32,000 bases of DNA from Cupriavidus necator (GTDB taxonomy: Bacteria; Pseudomonadota; Gammaproteobacteria; Burkholderiales; Burkholderiaceae). The translations under genes were made by a program, and so were the position numbers. The notes under the pieces were generated by a model, which was given only the letters and a program-made list of their open reading frames with translations, had not been told where the DNA came from and searched no databases. Within the stretch, counting starts at the first letter, position 1. The number at the start of each line of letters is the position of its first letter. Location: positions 840,001-872,000 of the forward strand of contig NZ_CP066019.1 of the NCBI RefSeq assembly GCF_016127575.1, in the 5' to 3' direction. This document shows, piece after piece, positions 6,525 to 13,863 of this stretch.

Positions 6525-8921
6525 ATGACATCGTCGATGGAACCGGATCATTCGGAAGGAGGGTGCGGCCAGGGCGTGGGAGCCCGGGTGGCGCGCAAGG
6601 AAGACGCCAGGCACCTGCACGGCAAGGGCCGCTTTGTCGCGGACATCGCCATGCCGGACCTGCAGGAGGTGGCCTTCCTGCGCAGCCCCGTGGCGCATGC
6701 CAGGCTGTTGTCCGTGACCAAGCCCGCGCGCCACGCGCAAGCGGTGATCGTGCGCGAGGACATGGCGGCGGCGCGGGACATCGTCGCGGATTCGGCGTTC
6801 CCGTCCTACCAGCCGTCGGCTCAGGCGCCGCTGGCCAGCGGCAAGGTGCGCTTTGTCGGCGAGCCCGTTGCCATGGCCTTTGCCCCCACGCGCGCCGAAG
6901 CCGAGGACATCGCCGAGCAGGTGGTGGCCGAGTTCGACGAGCTGCCCGCGCTGACCGACGTGGCGCAGGCCCGCCAGCTCGCTGGCGAGGTGCGCGTGCA
7001 CGAACACTGGCGCGATAACACCTTCCTGACGCTGAATATCGACAAGAACTTCGAGGCGCGCCAGCGCGAGGCCTCCGTCGTCGTTCACCGCAAGGTCAAC
7101 CTGGCGCGCCAGTGCATGGTGCCGATGGAGGGCAAGGCGGTGCTGGCCTACTGGGACCACCAGTTCGACCAGCTGGTGGTGTACAGCGCCACCCAGGTGC
7201 CGCATATGATCCGGACCATCCTGAGCCATTGCCTGGACCTGGACCAGGCGCGCGTGCGCGTGATCTCGCCGGACGTTGGCGGCGCCTTTGGCTACAAATG
7301 CGTGCTGCAGCAGGAAGAGCTCTGTATCGCCTGGCTGGCGCTGACCTACAAGCGGCCGTTCCGCTTTATCGAGGATCGGCGCGAGCACCTGACCGCCGGC
7401 GCCAACTCGCGCGAGCATCACTACGAGCTTACCGCCTATGCCGACAAGCGCGGCCGCCTGCTGGCGCTGGACGCGAACATTGCCATCGACGGCGGTGCCT
7501 ATTCGGTCTGGCCATTCACCATCGGGCTGGAGCCGGGGCAGGCGATCGGCAACCTGCCCGGTCCCTATGCCTTCGACGGATACCGCTGCGAGACTACCTG
7601 CGTGGCCACCAACAAGCCGGGTTTCGTGCCGTATCGCGGTGTGGCCCGGACCGGCGTCTGTTTCGCCATGGAGCTGATGATCGACGCGATCGCGCGCGAG
7701 GTGGGACGCGAGCCGTGGGAAGTGCGCGTTGAAAACCTGGTGCCGCCGCAGTCCATGCCTTACGTCAACGTGACCAACAAGCACTTCGACGGCGGCGACT
7801 ACCCGGCCAGCGTGCGCCAGGCGATGGAGATGATCGACCTGCCCGCGATCCGCGCGCGGCAGCAGGCGGGTCCGCAGGGCAGCCGCTATGTCGGCGTGGG
7901 CTTTGGCACCTACACCGAGCAGTCGGCGCACGGCACTTCCGTGTTCGCGGCCTGGGGCACGCCGGTGATCCCCGGCTTCGACTCGGCGACGGTGCGCATC
8001 ACGCCGGACGGCGGGCTGGAGGTGCGCGTCGGCGTGCACTCGCACGGGCAGGGCATGGAGACTACCTTCGCGCAGATTGCCCACGAGATCCTGGGCATCG
8101 ACATCGGACGGATCAAGCTGGTGCACGGCGATACCGGACTCACGCCGTTCTCCACCGGTACCTATGCCTCGCGCTCGCTGGTGATGTCGGGCGGCGCGGT
8201 GTCGCGGGCGTGCAAGGCGCTGCTGCCGCGGCTGCAGAAGATTGGCGCGCATATGCTGGGGCAGCGGGTGGAGGCGGTAACGTTTGCAGCCGGCGCGGTT
8301 CGTGCGGGCGATGCCGACGCCATCGACATCGGCCGTATTGCCGACGCCTGGTACATCAATCCCCACCTGCTGCCGCCCGATGTGGATGCGCAAGGGCTGG
8401 AGGTCACCATGGGCTTCAAGCCCGCGGTCGACACCGGCAGCTTCACCTACGCCACGCATGCGGTCGCGGTGGAAGTCGACACCGATTCCGGCCATGTCGA
8501 GATCCTGGACTACGTGGTGGTGGAGGACTGCGGCACCATGATCAATCCGATGGTGGTCGAGGGCCAGACCTATGGCGGCGTGGCACAGGGCATCGGCACC
8601 GCGATGTTCGAAGAGATGCGCTATGACGGCAACGGGCAGCCGCTGGCTTCCACGCTGGCGGACTACATGCTGCCCGGGCCGACCGAGATTCCGTCGATCC
8701 GCATCCATCATTTCGAGACGCCGTCGCCGCATACGGAATTCGGCGCCAAGGGCATGGGCGAGGGCGGTGCCATCGCACCGCCGGCGGCGATCTTCAATGC
8801 GGTGAACGACGCCTTGCGCGGCTTCGGCGTCGAACTTCAGGAGACGCCGCTGACCCCGAGAAAGATCCTTGAAGCGCTGGATGCGGCAGTGGCCGGCGCA
8901 CAGAGCAAGAAGGCAGCCTGA
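6525..8921 (+). CDS. Molybdopterin-binding large subunit of a xanthine dehydrogenase/CoxL-family hydroxylase (N-heterocycle hydroxylase)
   Basis: 798 aa. Motifs seen are RKEDARHLHGKGRFVAD, GGAFGYK and a C-terminal GAKGMGEGGAIAPPAAI (catalytic Glu region). There is no CxxCH haem motif. The start could alternatively be the ATG at 6537. Confidence 0.85.
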   Translation: MTSSMEPDHSEGGCGQGVGARVARKEDARHLHGKGRFVADIAMPDLQEVAFLRSPVAHARLLSVTKPARHAQAVIVREDMAAARDIVADSAFPSYQPSAQAPLASGKVRFVGEPVAMAFAPTRAEAEDIAEQVVAEFDELPALTDVAQARQLAGEVRVHEHWRDNTFLTLNIDKNFEARQREASVVVHRKVNLARQCMVPMEGKAVLAYWDHQFDQLVVYSATQVPHMIRTILSHCLDLDQARVRVISPDVGGAFGYKCVLQQEELCIAWLALTYKRPFRFIEDRREHLTAGANSREHHYELTAYADKRGRLLALDANIAIDGGAYSVWPFTIGLEPGQAIGNLPGPYAFDGYRCETTCVATNKPGFVPYRGVARTGVCFAMELMIDAIAREVGREPWEVRVENLVPPQSMPYVNVTNKHFDGGDYPASVRQAMEMIDLPAIRARQQAGPQGSRYVGVGFGTYTEQSAHGTSVFAAWGTPVIPGFDSATVRITPDGGLEVRVGVHSHGQGMETTFAQIAHEILGIDIGRIKLVHGDTGLTPFSTGTYASRSLVMSGGAVSRACKALLPRLQKIGAHMLGQRVEAVTFAAGAVRAGDADAIDIGRIADAWYINPHLLPPDVDAQGLEVTMGFKPAVDTGSFTYATHAVAVEVDTDSGHVEILDYVVVEDCGTMINPMVVEGQTYGGVAQGIGTAMFEEMRYDGNGQPLASTLADYMLPGPTEIPSIRIHHFETPSPHTEFGAKGMGEGGAIAPPAAIFNAVNDALRGFGVELQETPLTPRKILEALDAAVAGAQSKKAA

Positions 8922-8924
8922 CCG

Positions 8925-9752
8925 ATGAAAGCCGTCGCCTTTTCCTATCATGCGCCCGGCTCGCTGCCGGACGCGCTGGCCCGCCTTGGCGCGGGCACCG
9001 ACGTGGCCAAGACCATGGGCGGAGGCCAGTCGCTCGGCCCGATGCTGAACCTGCGGCTGACCCGTCCTGACACGGTGGTCGATGTGTCGGGGCTGGCCGA
9101 ACTGCGGCAAGTCGCGTCCACCCCCGATGGCATCCGCATCGGCGCCTGCGTGACCCATGCGCAGATCGAGGACGGCGTGTTCGCGCCGCTGCAGGGCACC
9201 ATGCTGCAGGCCGTGGCGGGCGGCATTGCCTACCGCGCGATCCGCAACCGCGGCACCGTTGGCGGCAGCCTGGCCCATGCGGACCCGGCCGCGGACTGGG
9301 TCGTGGTGATGACCGCGCTGGGTGCGCGCATCGAGATTGCATCAGGCACCGGCACGCGCGAGGTGCCCATGGAAGCCTTCATGATCGGCGCCTACACCAC
9401 GGTGCTGGCCGATGGCGAGCTGATCGCCGCCGTGCGCGTGCCGCACGCCACCGCGCACAGCCGCTGGGGCTACCAGAAGCTGTGCCGCAAGACCGGCGAG
9501 TTTGCCGAAGCCAGCTGCGCCGCGTACTTCGATGCCGGCTGCCGCTTCGCACGCATCGTGCTCGGCGCGCTGGACGGACCGCCGGTGGTGCTGCCCGGCC
9601 TCACGCGCGCGGTCGCCGCGCAAGGCGCCGCGGCGCTCACCGCCGGTGCCGTGGACGAAGCGGTGGCGCAGGCCGCGCCCGGCAAGGACGCCATCGACCG
9701 CAAGCTTTACCGTACCGTCGTGATGCGCTGCGTCACGCAAATGCTGAACTGA
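8925..9752 (+). CDS. FAD-binding medium subunit (CoxM/XdhB-like) of the Mo hydroxylase
   Basis: 275 aa with a GGGQSLGPMLNLRL FAD-binding motif. Starts 3 nt after the large-subunit stop. Confidence 0.85.
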   Translation: MKAVAFSYHAPGSLPDALARLGAGTDVAKTMGGGQSLGPMLNLRLTRPDTVVDVSGLAELRQVASTPDGIRIGACVTHAQIEDGVFAPLQGTMLQAVAGGIAYRAIRNRGTVGGSLAHADPAADWVVVMTALGARIEIASGTGTREVPMEAFMIGAYTTVLADGELIAAVRVPHATAHSRWGYQKLCRKTGEFAEASCAAYFDAGCRFARIVLGALDGPPVVLPGLTRAVAAQGAAALTAGAVDEAVAQAAPGKDAIDRKLYRTVVMRCVTQMLN

Positions 9753-9761
9753 GGAGCGCCC

Positions 9762-10931
9762 GTGCAGACCATCGAATTCAGTGTCAACGGCCGCCGGGTT
9801 TCCGGCGCGTGCGCGGACCGGACGCACCTGGGCGACTTCCTGCGCGACACGCACCGGCTGACCGGCACCCACCTCGGCTGCGAGCACGGCGTGTGCGGCG
9901 CCTGCACCGTGCTGCTCGACGACAAGCCGGTGCGTTCGTGCATCACCTTCGCGGCTGCCTGCCAGGGCGCCGACATCGTCACCGTCGAAGGCTACCAGGA
10001 CGATGCCGTGATGGCCGGCCTGCGCGCGGCGTTCAACCAGCACCACGCGCTGCAGTGCGGCTTCTGCACGCCGGGCATGCTGGCGACCGCGCGCGACATC
10101 GTGCTGCGCCTGCCCGACGCCGACGACGCCACCATCCGTCACGAGCTGTCGGGCAACCTGTGTCGCTGCACCGGCTATATGGGAATCGTCGCCGCCATCC
10201 GCTCGGTGCTGGACGCACGCCGCGCAACAGCCGGCGTGATTGCGCGGCACGCCGCGGGCGCGGCGCCGGCCGAAGCGCCGTTCACCGGTTTTGCCGTTGC
10301 GGACGAAGCGCTCGGCACGCTGCCTCACCTGGCCGCGGGCACCGGCGCCGAGGCGGAACGGTCAGCCGACCGCAAGGGCTGGTCGCGCATCGAAGGCGGC
10401 TTCACCGTCCCCTATACGCTCGACGCGGTATGGGCCTTCATGGCCGACCTGCCGGCCGTGGCAGGCTGCCTGCCGGGTGCGGTGCTCACTGAAATGGAGG
10501 GGGAGAAGGTCAAGGGCCATATCGCCATCAAGTTCGGCCCGATGTCCGCCAGGTTCGAAGGCGCCGCGCGCCTGCAGCGCGACGACGCGAACAAGCGCGG
10601 CGTGCTGAAGGGGGCGGGGCAGGACTCGCTCAGCAATTCCAAGGCCGCGGGCGACATCGCCTACCAGCTGAAGGCGCTTGCCGCGCACGAGACCGAGGTT
10701 GCGGTCGACCTGCAGTATTCGCTGCAGGGGCCGCTGGCGCAGTTCTCGCGGTCGGGGCTGGTGCGCGATTTCGTGCGGCGCATGATTGCGGATTTCGGCA
10801 AGTCGGTGGCGCGCCGGATGGACCCGACGCTGAGCGATGCCGAACGCAACCAGGCGGTACGCCTCAATCCCGCGGCGATGTTCTTCGGCGTGCTGTGGGA
10901 GCGGGTCAAACGGTGGTTCGGCGCCCGCTGA
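9762..10931 (+). CDS. [2Fe-2S] small subunit (CoxS-like) fused to a C-terminal CoxG-like SRPBCC domain
   Basis: GTG start preceded by GAGGAG. The N-terminal ~160 aa carry GCEHGVCGACTV and CGFCTPGM...CRCTGY cluster motifs. An Ala-rich linker follows, then a CoxG-type domain (TVPYTLDAVWAFMADL...KFGPMSARFEG...LQGPLAQFSRSGLVRDF) and an amphipathic tail AAMFFGVLWERVKRWF. Confidence 0.8.
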   Translation: MQTIEFSVNGRRVSGACADRTHLGDFLRDTHRLTGTHLGCEHGVCGACTVLLDDKPVRSCITFAAACQGADIVTVEGYQDDAVMAGLRAAFNQHHALQCGFCTPGMLATARDIVLRLPDADDATIRHELSGNLCRCTGYMGIVAAIRSVLDARRATAGVIARHAAGAAPAEAPFTGFAVADEALGTLPHLAAGTGAEAERSADRKGWSRIEGGFTVPYTLDAVWAFMADLPAVAGCLPGAVLTEMEGEKVKGHIAIKFGPMSARFEGAARLQRDDANKRGVLKGAGQDSLSNSKAAGDIAYQLKALAAHETEVAVDLQYSLQGPLAQFSRSGLVRDFVRRMIADFGKSVARRMDPTLSDAERNQAVRLNPAAMFFGVLWERVKRWFGAR

Positions 10932-10966
10932 ACCCGCCCTCCGGGCTGTCGCAACCCTTGCCCGCG

Positions 10967-11563
10967 TCAGCCCGGATGCACTACAACCAGTAGTGCGGTG
11001 GCAGTGGTCTTGCCGCCATTGGAGATCGCATGTGCGACATCGGCCGCATAGCGCGCGGTCTCGCCGTGCCTCAGCTTCTTTTCATCGGCACCCGCGCGCA
11101 CTGTCATCGATCCGCTCAGCACAGACAGGTGTTCCTGGGTGCCGGCCTCGTGTGGCTCGGAGGCCAGCACGCCGCCGGCCTGGATGGTCAGCTCATACCA
11201 CTCGAAGCGCCCGGCCAGGTCGATCGGGCCCAGGATGCGCAGGTCGCAGCGGGTATCAGGGCTTTTCAGCGACGGGATCGCGTGCGGCTGGACCACGGTG
11301 ATGCCGCCGGCGGGGCGCTCAGCGGCGCCTCCGGCGAGGAAGTCCGTCAGGTTCACCCCAAGCGCATTGGCCAGGCGCCACAGCACCGCCACGGTGGGGT
11401 TGGCCAGGTTGCGTTCGATCTGCGACAGCATCGACTTGGAAACCCCGGCACGGCGTGACAGTTCATCGAGCGACAGCCGTTGCTGCTGGCGCAGCGCCTG
11501 CAGCGCCATGCCGACGGCGGGCGGGCCATCGGCCTGCGGGGTCTGGGCGAGGGCTTGCGTCAT
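10967..11563 (-). CDS. XRE-family HTH plus cupin-domain transcriptional regulator
   Basis: 198 aa with HTH_3 motif [28 protein letters not shown] and a C-terminal cupin-like beta region. Divergent from kbl. No clear SD, so the start is uncertain (an alternative ATG lies at 11509). Confidence 0.75.
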   Translation of the reverse strand: MTQALAQTPQADGPPAVGMALQALRQQQRLSLDELSRRAGVSKSMLSQIERNLANPTVAVLWRLANALGVNLTDFLAGGAAERPAGGITVVQPHAIPSLKSPDTRCDLRILGPIDLAGRFEWYELTIQAGGVLASEPHEAGTQEHLSVLSGSMTVRAGADEKKLRHGETARYAADVAHAISNGGKTTATALLVVVHPG

Positions 11564-11568
11564 GGATT

Positions 11569-11630
11569 AATGTTCGTTATATTGCGCAAAATGTTCGATA
11601 TACAGAACGTGTTCGATTTATCGATCGAAT
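11569..11630. promoter_or_regulatory. AT-rich divergent promoter/operator region with three TGTTCGNT repeats and the inverted repeat TTCGAT-N6-ATCGAA
   Basis: TGTTCG occurs at 11571, 11592 and 11610. GAAC-GT-GTTC lies at 11605-11614. TTCGAT (11612-11617) pairs with ATCGAA (11624-11629). The region lies between the XRE regulator and kbl. Confidence 0.4.
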
Positions 11631-11667
11631 CCTAGCATATCCCTCGCACACCAACGGGAGCCAAGCC

Positions 11668-12867
11668 ATGTCGAATGCCGAGGCATTCTATGCATCCATC
11701 CGTACCGAACTCGAAAGCATCCGCGCGGCGGGGCTGTTCAAGAACGAGCGCGTGATCGCCACGCCGCAGGGTGCGCGGGTGCGCACCACCGACGGCCGCG
11801 AGGTCATCAACCTGTGCGCCAACAACTACCTTGGCTTGTCGTCGCACCCGCAGGTGATCGAGGCCGCGCATGAAGCGCTGCGCACGCATGGCTTCGGGCT
11901 GAGCTCGGTGCGCTTTATCTGCGGCACGCAAGACCTGCACAAGACGCTGGAGGCGCGGCTGTCGGCCTTCCTCGGCACCGAGGACACCATCCTCTATGGC
12001 TCGGCCTTCGATGCCAATGGCGGTTTGTTCGAAACGCTGCTGGGCGCGGAAGACGCGGTCATCAGCGATGCGCTCAACCATGCCTCGATCATCGACGGCG
12101 TCCGCCTGTCCAAGGCGCGCCGCTACCGCTACCAGCACAACGACATGGACGACCTGCGCGTGCAACTGGAGCAGGCGCGGGCCGACGGCGCGCGCTACAC
12201 GCTGGTGTTTTCCGACGGCGTGTTCTCGATGGACGGCACCGTGGCGCGGCTCGACGAGATGCGCGCGATCTGCGACGAGTACGGCGCGCTGCTGGGCATA
12301 GATGAATGCCATGCCACCGGTTTCATGGGCCAGCGCGGGCGCGGCACGCATGAGGCGCGCGGCGTGTTCGGCAAGATCGACATCATTACCGGCACGCTGG
12401 GCAAGGCGCTGGGTGGCGCCTCCGGCGGCTTCACCAGCGCGCGCAAGGAAGTGGTGGCACTGCTGCGCCAGCGTTCGCGGCCGTATTTGTTCTCCAACAC
12501 CGTGGCGCCGGCCATCGTGGGCGCGTCGATCGCGGTGCTCGATATCCTGGAAGCCAGCACCGAGCTGCGCGACCGGCTGGAGGGCAATACCAGGTTCTTC
12601 CGCGCGGGACTGGACCGGTTGGGCTTCGACGTCAAGGCGGGCGACCACCCGATCATCCCGATCATGGTCTACGACGCCGACAAGGCGCAGCAACTGGCGC
12701 AGCGCCTGCTGGAGCTGGGCGTGTACGTGGTCGGCTTCTTCTACCCGGTGGTACCCAAGGGCCAGGCGCGCATCCGCGTGCAGATGAGCGCGCTGCATGA
12801 CGAGGCCGCGCTGCAGGCGGCGCTGGATGCCTTCGGCCAGGCTGGCCGTGAACTGGGGCTGATCTGA
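11668..12867 (+). CDS. kbl: 2-amino-3-ketobutyrate CoA ligase (glycine C-acetyltransferase)
   Basis: The start was trimmed to [12 protein letters not shown], which has GGGAG upstream, giving 399 aa. It shows class-II aminotransferase/Kbl features, including the SFSKALGG-type PLP Lys region ([13 protein letters not shown]). Confidence 0.9.
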   Translation: MSNAEAFYASIRTELESIRAAGLFKNERVIATPQGARVRTTDGREVINLCANNYLGLSSHPQVIEAAHEALRTHGFGLSSVRFICGTQDLHKTLEARLSAFLGTEDTILYGSAFDANGGLFETLLGAEDAVISDALNHASIIDGVRLSKARRYRYQHNDMDDLRVQLEQARADGARYTLVFSDGVFSMDGTVARLDEMRAICDEYGALLGIDECHATGFMGQRGRGTHEARGVFGKIDIITGTLGKALGGASGGFTSARKEVVALLRQRSRPYLFSNTVAPAIVGASIAVLDILEASTELRDRLEGNTRFFRAGLDRLGFDVKAGDHPIIPIMVYDADKAQQLAQRLLELGVYVVGFFYPVVPKGQARIRVQMSALHDEAALQAALDAFGQAGRELGLI

Positions 12868-13823
12868 TGGAAGCTGGCAAACCGAAGATCCTGATTGTCG
12901 GCGCCAACGGCCAGATCGGGTCTGAACTGGCACTGGCGCTGGCCGAGCGCTACGGGCGCACCAACGTGATCACCTCCGACGTGGTGCCCACCGGCCGCCA
13001 TGTGCATCTGACGCACGAGATGCTCAACGCCACCGACCGCGGCGAGCTGGCCACCGTGGTCGAGCGCCATGGCATCACCCAGGTCTACCTGCTGGCCGCC
13101 GCGCTGTCCGCCACCGGCGAAAAGGCGCCACAGTGGGCCTGGAACCTCAATATGACCAGCCTGCTCAATGTGCTGGAGCTGGCGCGGCAGACCGGGCTGG
13201 AGCGGGTGTTCTGGCCAAGCTCGATTGCAGCCTTCGGCCCGACCACGCCTGCCGGACAGACACCGCAGAAGACCGTGATGGAGCCCACCACGGTCTACGG
13301 CATCTCCAAGCAGGCGGGCGAGGGTTGGTGCCGCTGGTATCACGCCAACCACGGCGTGGATGTGCGCAGCGTGCGCTATCCGGGCCTGATCTCGCACAAG
13401 ACGCCACCCGGCGGCGGCACCACCGACTATGCGGTCGACATCTTCCATGCGGCGGTGACGGGCGAGCCCTACACCTGCTTCCTGAAGGAAGACGAAGCCC
13501 TGCCGATGATGTATATGCCCGATGCGATCCGCGCCACCATCGAACTGATGGAAGCCCCGGCGGACAAGCTGAGCGAGCGCGGCAGCTACAACATCGCCGG
13601 CATGAGCTTCACGCCCGCGCAGATCGCCGCGGCCATCCGCGAGCAGGTGCCGGGCTTCCAGATCCGCTATGAACCCGACTATCGCCAGGCGATTGCGCAG
13701 GGCTGGCCGGATTCGATCGATGATTCGGTCGCGCGCGCGGACTGGGGGTGGAAGGCCCAGTATGGACTGAAGGAGATGGTCGCGGACATGCTTGCCAACC
13801 TGAAGGCCACGCTGGCGGGCTGA
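12867..13823 (+). CDS. tdh: L-threonine 3-dehydrogenase, NAD-dependent epimerase/dehydratase (extended SDR) type
   Basis: 318 aa with N-terminal Rossmann motif ILIVGANGQIGSEL and YGISK catalytic Tyr/Lys. Its ATG overlaps the kbl TGA (TGATG). This SDR-type TDH next to kbl is the arrangement known from Cupriavidus necator. Confidence 0.85.
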   Translation: MEAGKPKILIVGANGQIGSELALALAERYGRTNVITSDVVPTGRHVHLTHEMLNATDRGELATVVERHGITQVYLLAAALSATGEKAPQWAWNLNMTSLLNVLELARQTGLERVFWPSSIAAFGPTTPAGQTPQKTVMEPTTVYGISKQAGEGWCRWYHANHGVDVRSVRYPGLISHKTPPGGGTTDYAVDIFHAAVTGEPYTCFLKEDEALPMMYMPDAIRATIELMEAPADKLSERGSYNIAGMSFTPAQIAAAIREQVPGFQIRYEPDYRQAIAQGWPDSIDDSVARADWGWKAQYGLKEMVADMLANLKATLAG

Positions 13824-13863
13824 AGCGCTATGGCCCCAACGGGAAGCGCGTGCGCGCAGTGGC

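Noticed and set aside
5844-9278. 1144-aa minus-strand ORF spanning nicF and the Mo hydroxylase genes. Similar cases are 2946-4994 (682 aa) and 9342-10328.
   Set aside because: These ORFs are antisense to genes with unmistakable family motifs. Their translations are Arg/Ala/Gly/His-rich low-complexity strings with no recognisable domains. They are classic stop-codon-poor shadow frames of a high-GC genome.
6525-10931. Annotating the Mo/FAD/FeS enzyme as aerobic CO dehydrogenase (CoxLMS plus CoxG)
   Set aside because: The form I CODH active-site loop (VAYRCSFR, as I recall it) is absent; the equivalent region reads FVPYRGVARTG. The gene order is L-M-S, and no coxD/E/F accessory genes are present. 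The enzyme is also embedded in a 2,5-dihydroxypyridine operon. It is therefore called a heterocycle hydroxylase.
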